Source of the DNA: Escherichia coli
Lineage (GTDB): Bacteria; Pseudomonadota; Gammaproteobacteria; Enterobacterales; Enterobacteriaceae
DNA: 64,000 nucleotides
Strand: one strand, 5' to 3'
Assembly (NCBI RefSeq): GCF_022846255.1
Contig: NZ_AP025682.1
The first letter of the stretch is position 1. Every line of letters begins with the position of its first letter. Shown here piece by piece: positions 23,711 through 32,729 of the stretch. Made by a program: the position numbers and the translations under genes. A model generated the notes under the pieces. It saw only the letters and a list, made by a program, of their open reading frames with translations. It did not search any database and was not told the DNA's origin.

Positions 23711-23725
23711 GCAAAAGGCGTGCCA
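23711..23725 (-). promoter_or_regulatory. Sigma54 (-24/-12) promoter motif upstream of lafB
   Basis: Minus strand reads TGGCACgccttTTGC, a perfect match to TGGCAC-N5-TTGC; predicted start site about 20 nt upstream of the lafB ATG, which has a GGAG Shine-Dalgarno. Confidence 0.6.
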
Positions 23726-23842
23726 ATAATTTTTATGTGAATAATCAATAAATTGAAAAAGGGGCGGAAATGGTGTTTCCGGTCTGGCGGAAAAAAGCCT
23801 GCCGCTGAAAGCACAACACCGCCCGCAGGCGGTGTTGTTCGT

Positions 23843-23873
<31 letters not shown>

Positions 23874-23883
23874 AAGTCCGCCA

Positions 23884-24798
23884 TTACTGCAGCAGGCTGG
23901 AAACCATGCTGGACATGCTGTTGGACTGTTTCAGCATGGTGATGCCGGTCTGCATCAGCACCTGCTGTTTAGTCATGTTGGACGCTTCCGTCGCGTAGTC
24001 GGTATCCATAATGTTACCGATAGCGACTTCGGTGTTGTCCTGCATACTGGTCAGGTTATTAGCGGTGTCGTTCAGACGGTTGATAGACGCCCCCAGCTTG
24101 GACTGGATCTGCGAAACATCATCCATCGCGGTAGAAATGCTGGTGATCATCTGGTTAGCCGAGCCAGACGCAGTCAGCTCAGTACCGCCAGAAACGCCTG
24201 CGGTGCCAGTGGTGTCAGCCTGATCCGCACTGAAGGAGTTGCTGATAGCAGAAAGATCCGTCACCAGGGTATTCAGCTGGCTTGAAATATTCACGGTCAT
24301 GGTGTCGGAAGATTCCGCGCCCACCTGGAAAGTTACTGCGCTCTGGAACAGACCGTCAGTACCGGTGTTGCTGGTACCGGAAACACCGAACAGGTTGGTG
24401 CCGCCGTAAGTGGTGTTTTGCAGCATGTCAGACATCTGCTGACCCAGTTCATCGTATTCGTCCTGCATCGCCTGCAGATCGTCGTCGCTGTAGGTGCCGT
24501 TCGCTGCCTGAGTTGACAGGTCTTTCATACGACCCAGCACATCAGACATTTCGTCGAACATGCTGTCAGCGGTTTGCAGCATCGCGGTGGCATCATTGAT
24601 GTTGCTCAGCGCCACACCCATACCGCTGGACTGTGCTGTCAGACGGTTAGCAATTTGTTTGCCTGCGGCGTCATCGGCAGAAGAGTTAATCCGGTTACCC
24701 GTTGCCAGGCGTTCCATAGATGTAGACAGAGAAGAGCTGCTTTTACTGATTGCATTAACGGCGGCCATTGAGGCGTTATTGGTGTTAATAGATAACAT
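23884..24798 (-). CDS. lafA: Lateral flagellin LafA, about 304 aa
   Basis: Conserved flagellin N-terminus (MLSINTNNASMAAVNAISKS...) and C-terminus (...LMQTGITMLKQSNSMSSMVSSLLQ); start at 24798 has an AAGGAG Shine-Dalgarno; short Ser/Thr-rich variable domain. Confidence 0.9.
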   Translation of the reverse strand: MLSINTNNASMAAVNAISKSSSSLSTSMERLATGNRINSSADDAAGKQIANRLTAQSSGMGVALSNINDATAMLQTADSMFDEMSDVLGRMKDLSTQAANGTYSDDDLQAMQDEYDELGQQMSDMLQNTTYGGTNLFGVSGTSNTGTDGLFQSAVTFQVGAESSDTMTVNISSQLNTLVTDLSAISNSFSADQADTTGTAGVSGGTELTASGSANQMITSISTAMDDVSQIQSKLGASINRLNDTANNLTSMQDNTEVAIGNIMDTDYATEASNMTKQQVLMQTGITMLKQSNSMSSMVSSLLQ

Positions 24799-25232
24799 GA
24801 TACTGCTCCTTGGGATTAATCGTTTTCGTTTCGATACCCTGTAAAAACGACACCTCAGGAGCAAACTTAAAATCGCCGTTAAAATTTTTTCGCCACGTAT
24901 TATCCGATGCCACTTTTAGCTAAAAAAAGCAGAGGTTAAATTCAGATAAAAAGATTATTAGCAATATCTGCCACATGGCCAGGAATCAAAATATGTCTTT
25001 ATCAAATGCTTGATATAGTTAAGATTGTCATCAATTAACGCGTTTTCTTCTCAATGTACTGATGCCAAAATTTACATTGCGTTGCAAATAGTACACGTTT
25101 AGCTATTGTGCCTGTCCTGTCATTTCGTTACATTTCCACGCCATATAGTGATTAAGAATAATCCTATTACCATAAAATATTAATTATCACGCAGAAAAAT
25201 CATCTTCTCAGGGACGTATAAGACTGTGCTTT

Positions 25233-26126
25233 ATGCAAAGCACTATCAGGAAACATTTATCCCTTGCTAAGGTAAACTCAACTATGAGTATTATTATCAA
25301 CAACTGGCGGATGGACCCGTCGCTTAATGCCTTAATACATTGCGAAACGGGTGAAACACGTCGTCTCGGCGAATACCATTTTATTTTGCTGGAAACATTA
25401 GCAAAAAATGCCGATGTGGTTTTATCGCGATCTTATTTATGTGCCGAAGTATGGAAGAACCGCATTGTCGGCGGTAACAGCCTGCCGACGGCGATCCACG
25501 CTCTGCGCGTTGCCATTGATGATGACGGCAAGCAACAGAACATTATTAAAACCATCCCGAAAAAAGGGTACCTGTGCAATAAAGAGTATGTGTCTTTGCC
25601 GGAGTCATCGCCTGCAGAAGCGCTGATTATTACCGACCAGATACAAGATACAGCCCCAGAAGAGATATCTTCGACAACACCGCCTGTACCTGTTAGAAAA
25701 AAACATAAAGGACTGATGGGGTTAGCGTTGGCCGCAGCTGTTATATTTATTGGCTCGACCGTGGGGTATTCACACTTGAAAAGTACACCTGACGCCCCGC
25801 AACTGGTAAAAGAGTCAATTAACAGTCCAAGAATAAAAATATTTCATTTAACTTCTGCTGGAGAAAATAATTCCGTACCGTTACTATCACAAACCCTCGC
25901 ACCAGGAAAAGACAAACTCGATAATTTATTGTCAGCGCATAATATGACAATGACAACCTATTATAAATATGTTCGTAACCGACTGGAGAGTGATATTGTT
26001 CTGCGCAACCAGTGCAATGGTAGCTGGCAATTAACCTTTAATGTGGAAGGTTGGCAGAACAGCGATATTAATAGCGCGATGTATCAGAATTTAGAGAAGT
26101 TGTTAAATACTGTGCAGAAATGCTGA
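25233..26126 (+). CDS. lafZ: LafZ, membrane-anchored ToxR/CadC-like winged-helix transcriptional regulator (alternative start at 25284)
   Basis: N-terminal OmpR/PhoB-type winged-helix region (about aa 20-110), single TM (LMGLALAAAVIFIGSTVGY), C-terminal presumably periplasmic domain; divergent from lafA. Confidence 0.65.
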   Translation: MQSTIRKHLSLAKVNSTMSIIINNWRMDPSLNALIHCETGETRRLGEYHFILLETLAKNADVVLSRSYLCAEVWKNRIVGGNSLPTAIHALRVAIDDDGKQQNIIKTIPKKGYLCNKEYVSLPESSPAEALIITDQIQDTAPEEISSTTPPVPVRKKHKGLMGLALAAAVIFIGSTVGYSHLKSTPDAPQLVKESINSPRIKIFHLTSAGENNSVPLLSQTLAPGKDKLDNLLSAHNMTMTTYYKYVRNRLESDIVLRNQCNGSWQLTFNVEGWQNSDINSAMYQNLEKLLNTVQKC

Positions 26127-26141
26127 TGAGTGCCAATATAT

Positions 26142-26178
26142 GCCGGATGCGACGCTAAACGCGTCTTATCCGGCCTAC
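26142..26178. repeat. REP element between lafZ and lafW
   Basis: GCCGGATGCGACGCTAAACGCGTCTTATCCGGCCTAC. Confidence 0.55.
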
Positions 26179-26184
26179 CGATAA

Positions 26185-27162
26185 TTACCCCAATAAATTC
26201 CTCACCGTCTGGCTGGAAATTCGCGCCTGACCGTTCACAGCCTGCAATAAAACCTGATAGTTATGATTGGCGCTATCAAGCACACCGCCGAGATTTTCCG
26301 ATGCCTGCACCGCGTTTTCCGTTTGCGGGAAGCGCGACATGCCGTCGATCAGCTGCCGCGCTTTTTCCTGCTGCACCGCCATCTTCGCGCGCTGCTGATT
26401 AATGTTTTCTAACGTCTGAGAAATCCCCGCCCCACCCTGTTGCAGGCTTTGCGCTAAGCGGTCCGCCTGTGACGGTTCGGCAAAGGTTTTTAGCGGCATA
26501 AACGCTGATTTATCACCATCGGTACGCACGCTTAAGGTTCGTTCGATATGGGGCCACTGTTTTTCAGTGGTGGAGAAGCTGATGCCATCGGCGTGTTGAT
26601 GCATCTGAACGCCCACGCGGCGCAGAGCGTTGGTCAGCCGCGTCTGATACTGCGCGGCGCTGTCATCCTCAGACAGCATCACCGCCGAAAGCTGAGTCTG
26701 CCGCCCGTCAGAGACGCTGAACATGCGCGTTCCCGGCGTGGGATTGTGTACCAGATTCGTCAGATCCGGCGAGTGAAAAGTCACCCGCGCTTCCCCCTGC
26801 AACACTGGCTGCAACTGGCGGTCCACCGCGCCGCCGGAAAGCGCGGTGCGTTTGTCCAGCATCTGCATCAGCGCTGAACTCTGCGCCTGCCCGCCCTTAC
26901 GCTGGCTGTGACGGTAATCGAGCAACTGCTGTTCCAGTTGCCCGAGATAGTGATCCGCCTGCTGCAACGTGGTGAGCTGATCGTTAAGCTGCACACTGTA
27001 ACGCTGCGGGCGAGTGGTAATCAGCGGCGAGGCCGGATATTCACTCGCCGTCGCCGGGAGTTTTTGCCGCACCGCCTGAGTGGGCGCAACGGTTGACGAC
27101 GATACCGCAGCGCTATGCGCGCCGCCGGTGGCGAGTGATGAAGATGTAAGTCCGACCTGCAT
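26185..27162 (-). CDS. lafW: LafW, lateral-flagellar-cluster protein of unknown function, 325 aa
   Basis: ORF directly downstream of lfgL; no domain recognisable by eye; name assigned by position in the Flag-2/lateral flagellar gene order. Confidence 0.5.
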   Translation of the reverse strand: MQVGLTSSSLATGGAHSAAVSSSTVAPTQAVRQKLPATASEYPASPLITTRPQRYSVQLNDQLTTLQQADHYLGQLEQQLLDYRHSQRKGGQAQSSALMQMLDKRTALSGGAVDRQLQPVLQGEARVTFHSPDLTNLVHNPTPGTRMFSVSDGRQTQLSAVMLSEDDSAAQYQTRLTNALRRVGVQMHQHADGISFSTTEKQWPHIERTLSVRTDGDKSAFMPLKTFAEPSQADRLAQSLQQGGAGISQTLENINQQRAKMAVQQEKARQLIDGMSRFPQTENAVQASENLGGVLDSANHNYQVLLQAVNGQARISSQTVRNLLG

Positions 27163-27178
27163 ACGGTTCCTGAAAGAG

Positions 27179-28108
27179 TTAGAGAACGCTGAATAAATTC
27201 AACTCACTCACTTTCGAGTAAGTCTTGAGGGTAGCTTCCATTGCCACTTCCAGTCCGGTAAAGGTGATCGACGCCGGGCCGTAATCGAGATCCTGTAAAG
27301 AACCAATCAACTCATCATTAGAGGTAGAAATATCGGTCTGCGCATCGCTCAGCATCGACATGGTGTTCTGCGTCTCGCCAAGCGACGCAATCGAGGCGTT
27401 GAGATCGTCCGAAGCGGTATCCACCACATCAACGGCGTTCTGAAGATCGCTCTGCACCTGCGGATCTGCCGGGTCAACATCCGGGTTTTGCAGCTCCTGC
27501 GACAGGGAATTAAGGGTGTTGAGCACGTCTAAATTACTGCCGAAGAAATCGCTCGCCGCCACGTTGGTATCCACTTCCACGCCGTTCGACACCGTAGTCT
27601 GACGATGGTCACTGTTACCCTGATAGCTATAGCTGTCGGTCACACCATCACCGTCATCATCCACAGCCACAATCGGCGGCTGATCGTTGATGGTGCCGCC
27701 AAAGACGTAATGCCCGTCTTCATCCTGATAGTTCAGCGCCGCGACCATTGATTCGGTGAGCGACTCAATATCCTGGCCGAGGCTTGCCAGCGAATCGGCG
27801 GTATTGGTGCCGTTCGCTGCTTCCAGCAGGTCGTCACGCACCGCCAGCAGGCTGTTGTTGACGCCATCAAGAATAGACTCCTGCTGGCTTAAGCCCGCCG
27901 ACGCGGAGTCGATATTGCTCTGATACTGTTCAATCGCCGACTGCTGGCGGTTTAACTGGGTGATGCGCGTGGCGGCGATTGGGTCATCCGACGGCTGCAA
28001 AATTTCCTTGCCGGTTGCCATCTGCTCGACCACATGCGCCAGAGAGCCGGAGAGATTATTAAAACTTTGCGTCATCGAGACGTAGGTTTGTTGGGTGGTT
28101 ACTCGCAT
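27179..28108 (-). CDS. lfgL: Hook-filament junction protein LfgL (FlgL / HAP3-like)
   Basis: Flagellin-like N-terminal segment (MRVTTQQTYVSMTQ...PSDDPIAATR); start set 8 codons inside the ORF-track start. Confidence 0.8.
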   Translation of the reverse strand: MRVTTQQTYVSMTQSFNNLSGSLAHVVEQMATGKEILQPSDDPIAATRITQLNRQQSAIEQYQSNIDSASAGLSQQESILDGVNNSLLAVRDDLLEAANGTNTADSLASLGQDIESLTESMVAALNYQDEDGHYVFGGTINDQPPIVAVDDDGDGVTDSYSYQGNSDHRQTTVSNGVEVDTNVAASDFFGSNLDVLNTLNSLSQELQNPDVDPADPQVQSDLQNAVDVVDTASDDLNASIASLGETQNTMSMLSDAQTDISTSNDELIGSLQDLDYGPASITFTGLEVAMEATLKTYSKVSELNLFSVL

Positions 28109-28122
28109 TTTCGCGCTCCCGC

Positions 28123-29499
28123 TTAGCTGCACATTTCCAGCACCGAATCGAAAATCTCGGCCCCGGCGGAAATGACTTTCAGATTGGCTTCATAAATTTG
28201 TTGATAGGTGATCAGGTTCACCGCCTCTTCGTCCATGCTGACGCCGCTGACGCTACTCTGCTGGTTTTGCGCTTCGGAATAGACATTGGACGCGGCATCG
28301 ACTTCCGTCTGGTTTTGCTGACTGTAAATGCCGATATTGCTGATGATTGACGAGCACGCCTGCCCGACCGTCACACTGCCGAGGTTGGCTATCTCCAGCG
28401 GTTCGGTGGAGATATTGATCAGCGCCTGCAGGTTGTCGCTGTTGCCGCTTTCGTCCGGTGAACTGGAAAACGCCAGCTCATCGGCAGTGATATCCGGGTT
28501 AACGGTCAGTGGGCCGTCGGCATTGCTGGCATCGTAAATAAACAGTGGCTCGCCGGGGTTACCGTTGAGATCGTAGCCCTGCGCCAGCTGGTTGTTGACC
28601 GCATCGGCGAACTGCGACGCCATGCTGTTGATGGTGTCGGTCAGCGGCGTCAGCACATCGTTTTGATAATCAAACAGTGCGCCTAATGAACCGCCAGTGT
28701 CGGTGGTCATCGTCGAGATGGTTCCGGCGAAGGTCAGCGTCATACTTGCTGTACCATCGGCGTTGGTTTCCAGCGCGATGGTCGAGCTTTGCTGCCCGCT
28801 CACCAGCGGCTGACCGTTTTTCAGGGTGACGTTGTAGTTGCCCTGGTCGTCAACATTGACCTGCACGTCCATCATTCCGCTCAGTTCTTCCACCATCTGA
28901 TCGCGGGCGTCGTACAGCGCGGAGGCGTTATCGCCGTTGGCTTCGGCCTGAGCGATTTGCTGGTTATAGCTGGCGATGCCGCTGGTCAGCGTATTGATTT
29001 GCGATACCATCGCCTGCTGCTGACTGATGATTTCCGTGCTTTGCGAGTCGATGTAATCCAGCGTGTTGTCGATGCGCAAGGACAGCGCCCCGGCTTCGCT
29101 GATCACCTGCTCGCGCAGGGCGGAATCATCGGGGCTGGTGGTCGCTTCGTTAAGGGCAGCGAAAAAGTTATCGAAGCCGCCGCTCAGACTGCTGTTATCG
29201 TCGCTCAGTACCGCTTCCAGTTGTGTGAGATACCCTTGTTGGGTGCTGTAATAGCCGTAATCGCTGGCGGCATACCATACCTGATTAACCTGATACTGGT
29301 TGGAGACGCGGCGAATACTGTCGACCTGCACGCCGTTACCGGCGCTGTTCGGCGAACCACCGCTGGCACCGATGGTGCTGATCTCCGCCACCTGGCGGGT
29401 GTAGCCCGTGGTCATGGCGTTAGCGGTGTTTTGCGCCGTGACGTTCAGCTCCACCTGCGCGGTTGATGCGCCGCTGTAGCCGATGTTAATCATGTCCAT
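28123..29499 (-). CDS. lfgK: Hook-associated protein 1 LfgK (FlgK-like), 458 aa
   Basis: FlgK-like N-terminus (NAMTTGYTRQ) and conserved C-terminal helix. Confidence 0.85.
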   Translation of the reverse strand: MDMINIGYSGASTAQVELNVTAQNTANAMTTGYTRQVAEISTIGASGGSPNSAGNGVQVDSIRRVSNQYQVNQVWYAASDYGYYSTQQGYLTQLEAVLSDDNSSLSGGFDNFFAALNEATTSPDDSALREQVISEAGALSLRIDNTLDYIDSQSTEIISQQQAMVSQINTLTSGIASYNQQIAQAEANGDNASALYDARDQMVEELSGMMDVQVNVDDQGNYNVTLKNGQPLVSGQQSSTIALETNADGTASMTLTFAGTISTMTTDTGGSLGALFDYQNDVLTPLTDTINSMASQFADAVNNQLAQGYDLNGNPGEPLFIYDASNADGPLTVNPDITADELAFSSSPDESGNSDNLQALINISTEPLEIANLGSVTVGQACSSIISNIGIYSQQNQTEVDAASNVYSEAQNQQSSVSGVSMDEEAVNLITYQQIYEANLKVISAGAEIFDSVLEMCS

Positions 29500-29571
29500 G
29501 TTGGGTCCTTACCGGTAAATCGTGCCGGTTAAAAGCGGCGTGAAGTTGGGGATTCTTAAGTGGATAATGGT

Positions 29572-29705
29572 GCGCGCTGATGCCCTCACCCCGGCCCTCT
29601 CCCACAGGGAGAGGGCGAAAACCTGCGCCATATTCACCTCCGCGCTCAATCGGTCCCCTCGCCCCTTTGGGGAGAGGGTTAGGGTGAGGGGCAAAGCGCG
29701 CCCCT
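29572..29705. repeat. ~130-bp compound palindromic intergenic repeat, copy A (two hairpin units), between lfgK and lfgJ
   Basis: CCCTCACCCCGGCCCTCTCCCacaGGGAGAGGGC ... TCCCCTCGCCCCTTTGGGGAGAGGGTTAGGGTGAGGGG; near-exact reverse complement of copy B at 38862..38993. Confidence 0.6.
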
Positions 29706-30004
29706 CATTTCCCCTTCGGCGACAACTGCTTCACAATCATCGCCGCAATCCCAATCCCGTGCTGCTGCGCCAGGGTGTTACACAACTCATCGTCATAAAA
29801 CCCCTGCATCATGCGCACCGAATCGCTGTTAAATGGGTTATCTTTCGAATCGAACAACTCGTTGGTTTTACGCATCTCTTTCAGCATGTTGCGTAAAAAA
29901 ATCGCCTCAAACTGTTCCGCGGCCTGCCTGATATCATTGGCCTGAACCTTCGGCCCCATTAACGCATCGCTGCCGTCAATCCCGCCGCTGCCGTTGATTT
30001 TCAT
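29705..30004 (-). CDS. lfgJ: Rod-binding protein LfgJ (FlgJ N-terminal-domain-like), 99 aa, no muramidase domain
   Basis: Short ORF in the flgJ position between flgI-like and flgK-like genes. Confidence 0.7.
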   Translation of the reverse strand: MKINGSGGIDGSDALMGPKVQANDIRQAAEQFEAIFLRNMLKEMRKTNELFDSKDNPFNSDSVRMMQGFYDDELCNTLAQQHGIGIAAMIVKQLSPKGK

Positions 30005-31119
30005 CAGATCACCTCCAGGTCGGCATCCAGCGCGCCCGCCTCATGCAGCGCCTGCAAAATCGACATAATGTCATCCGGCGTCGCGCCTAAACTGTTCAAC
30101 GCATTAACCAACGTTTTCAGGCTGCTCGACTCCGGCAAACTCACCACGCCCGGACGGGCATGATTCACCGCGATATTGCTCTGTGGCGTTACTGCCGTAC
30201 GCCCGCCCGCAAAGGCATTCGGTTGGCTGACGTTGCTGGTTTCGTTAATTGAGACAGTCAGGCTGCCATGCGACACCGCCGCCGCGTGCAGCGCGATGCC
30301 ATCGCCCATCACCACCGTACCGGTACGCGAGTTAAACACCACGCGGGCGCGGATTTTCTCCGCCTGCACCTGCACATCATCCAGTTGCGACATAAACGCC
30401 ACCCGCGCGCCGGGGCTGGTGGGCGCACGCACAGTGACGTTGGTGGAACTCTGCGCCGTGGCAATGCCGCCAAACGAGGCGTTGATCGCCGCCGCAATGT
30501 TGTTGGCGTCTTTAAACGACGGGCGTTTCAGGTTGAGCGTGATGGTGTCGCCCATCTGAAAATCGCTGGGGATCTCGCGCTCCACCGTCGCGCCGTTGGG
30601 AATTAACCCGGCGGTTGGCGTATTAACCGTTACGCTCGAACCGCTGGCCCCGGTGGCATTCATCCCGCCCACCACCACGCTGCCCTGCGCCAGCGCATAA
30701 ACTTCGCCATCCGCGCCGTGCAACTGGGTCAGCAACAAAGTGCCGCCACGAATACTTTTGGCATCGCCAATCGACGAAACGGTGACATCAATGGTCTGCC
30801 CGCGCGAGTACATCGGCGGCAGCGTGGCGCTCACCGCCACCGCGGCGACGTTTTTCACCTTCGGGTCGATTTTATTCGGCAGTTGCACGCCAAACTGGCG
30901 CAGCATATTGGTGATGGTCTGGTTGGTGAATTTGACCTGGTTTTTATCGCCCGTGCCGTCGAGGCCGACCACCAGGCTGTAGCCGACCAGTTGGTTTTCA
31001 CGCACGCCCTGTACGTTGACCAGCGATTCCAGCGATTGCGCCAGCGCCACGCCAGGTAGCGCCAGGCTCACGGTGATTACTGCGGCCTTTATCCAGTTTT
31101 GCATTGCACTCTCCGGCAT
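30004..31119 (-). CDS. lfgI: P-ring protein LfgI (FlgI-like), 371 aa
   Basis: Signal peptide followed by FlgI-like sequence (...[13 protein letters not shown]...). Confidence 0.9.
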   Translation of the reverse strand: MPESAMQNWIKAAVITVSLALPGVALAQSLESLVNVQGVRENQLVGYSLVVGLDGTGDKNQVKFTNQTITNMLRQFGVQLPNKIDPKVKNVAAVAVSATLPPMYSRGQTIDVTVSSIGDAKSIRGGTLLLTQLHGADGEVYALAQGSVVVGGMNATGASGSSVTVNTPTAGLIPNGATVEREIPSDFQMGDTITLNLKRPSFKDANNIAAAINASFGGIATAQSSTNVTVRAPTSPGARVAFMSQLDDVQVQAEKIRARVVFNSRTGTVVMGDGIALHAAAVSHGSLTVSINETSNVSQPNAFAGGRTAVTPQSNIAVNHARPGVVSLPESSSLKTLVNALNSLGATPDDIMSILQALHEAGALDADLEVI

Positions 31120-31784
31120 TAAATCGGGAACAGAGGATGGTTAAACAGTCGCGTCAACCAGCCTGCGGCGTTGGCGTCGCTTAACGCGCCGCGTCCGGCA
31201 TAGGAGATGCGGGCATCGGCGATCCGCTGCGAGGAAACCGAGTTGTCGTTCTGGATGTCGTCGGCGCGCACCAGGCCGCTTAAGCGGATGTACTCATCGC
31301 CCTGGTTGAGGGTCAGCCATTTTTCGCCGCGAATTTCCAGGATGCCGTTAGGCTGCACCGCATGGACGGAAACGGTGATCTCCCCGCGCAGGCTGTTCTG
31401 CTGCTGGGAAGTGGCGCTGCCGTCAAAGTCGCGGTTGGCATCAATGGAGCCGGAAAGCTTATCTTTGGTGTGTCCAAAAATGGTCGGCGCGCCGATATCG
31501 ACGGTGTTGCTTTTGCCGAAGTTGGTTTTCGCCTGTTTGCTCGACTGGGTGGATTCTTCGAGGATCACCGTCAGGATATCGCCCACGCGGTAAGCCCGCC
31601 GGTCGGCAGTTAGCGACCAGTTGTAGCCGGTTTCAAACACGCCCCCGGCACGCCCGTCTGCCGGAGGCGGCGCTTCGGTGGTTGGTGGCGCAAAGTATGC
31701 GTCGTCTTTTTTGACCAGAATGGCCTGCGATTCACACCCGCTAAGCAGGGGAAGCAGCGCCACCAGCCAGAGATAATTTTTCAC
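31119..31784 (-). CDS. lfgH: L-ring lipoprotein LfgH (FlgH-like), about 221 aa
   Basis: GTG start chosen at [17 protein letters not shown] (lipobox LLSGC); the ORF-track N-terminal extension runs into a REP element. Confidence 0.85.
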   Translation of the reverse strand: MKNYLWLVALLPLLSGCESQAILVKKDDAYFAPPTTEAPPPADGRAGGVFETGYNWSLTADRRAYRVGDILTVILEESTQSSKQAKTNFGKSNTVDIGAPTIFGHTKDKLSGSIDANRDFDGSATSQQQNSLRGEITVSVHAVQPNGILEIRGEKWLTLNQGDEYIRLSGLVRADDIQNDNSVSSQRIADARISYAGRGALSDANAAGWLTRLFNHPLFPI

Positions 31785-31818
31785 GTTCTGCCTGTTTAAA
31801 TACAGTGAGTTATGTGCT

Positions 31819-31860
31819 CTTGTAGGTCGGATAAGACGCCTCAGCGTCGCATCCGACATT
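31819..31860. repeat. REP element between lfgG and lfgH
   Basis: GTAGGTCGGATAAGACGCCTCAGCGTCGCATCCGACAT. Confidence 0.55.
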
Positions 31861-31865
31861 TCGCC

Positions 31866-32651
31866 TTACAGCGTCTGGCTGATGTACTGCAACATATCGT
31901 CCGCTGCTGACACCATTTTGGCGTTCATCTCGTACGCGCGTTGCACCGTAATCATCGCCACCATTTCGTTGACGATATCCACGTTCGAGCCTTCGAGCGC
32001 GTTGTCCTGCAAGGTGCCAAGCCCATCTTCGCCCGGCACGCCTTCGGTCGGCTGACCGCTGGCGGCGGTTTCCAGATAGAGGTTGTCGCCCTCGGCGGAA
32101 AGCCCCGCCGGGTTGGCGAAGTTCACCAGCGTCAGTTGCCCTAACTCGGTCACGTCGCTGTCGCCGGGTAAGATCGCCGTCACCGTACCGTCCTCACCAA
32201 ACGCGACGTTGGTCGCCCCCGCCGGAACGTCGATTTCCGGCTGCAACGGCAAGCCCTGCGAGTTGGTCAGTACGCCGTCAGCGTTCACCTGCAAGTTGCC
32301 GTCGCGGGTATAAGCGATATCGCCGTTGGCCTTTTGCACCTGCAAAAATCCCAGCCCCATAATGGCGACATTCATCGCGTTGTCGGTGGTTTCGACGTTG
32401 CCTTCGGTGAAGGTTTTCTGAGTGCCGACAATGCGTACGCCGCTACCGAATTGCAGCCCGGTCGGCATAATGTTGTTCTGATCGAGCATCGCGCCCGGCG
32501 CTTCCTGGGTCTGGTAAAACAGATCCTGAAACATCACCCGGTCGCGCTTAAAGCCTGTGGTGTTAACGTTGGCGATGTTGTTGGCAATCGCGCTCATTTC
32601 AGCATCCTGCGCTGAGAGGCCGGTTTTGCTGATCCATAGTGCTGCGTTCAT
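31866..32651 (-). CDS. lfgG: Distal rod protein LfgG (FlgG-like), 261 aa
   Basis: Conserved rod/hook N-terminus (ISKTGLSAQDAEMSAIANNIANVNTTGFK) and C-terminus. Confidence 0.9.
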   Translation of the reverse strand: MNAALWISKTGLSAQDAEMSAIANNIANVNTTGFKRDRVMFQDLFYQTQEAPGAMLDQNNIMPTGLQFGSGVRIVGTQKTFTEGNVETTDNAMNVAIMGLGFLQVQKANGDIAYTRDGNLQVNADGVLTNSQGLPLQPEIDVPAGATNVAFGEDGTVTAILPGDSDVTELGQLTLVNFANPAGLSAEGDNLYLETAASGQPTEGVPGEDGLGTLQDNALEGSNVDIVNEMVAMITVQRAYEMNAKMVSAADDMLQYISQTL

Positions 32652-32686
32652 GGTGGTAAATTCCGTGTTATTTTTTGGCCGCGGTT

Positions 32687-32721
<35 letters not shown>

Positions 32722-32729
32722 ATGTGCGG

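Noticed and set aside
28789-29466. 225-aa plus-strand ORF inside lfgK
   Set aside because: Antisense to the FlgK-like gene
29509-29896. ORF-track ORFs 29509..29694 (-) and 29522..29896 (+) encoding peptides such as ...LTLTLSPKGRGDR...
   Set aside because: They lie entirely within the compound palindromic repeat; the same peptide is encoded by the inverted copy at 38781..39015, so these are repeat-derived open frames, not genes
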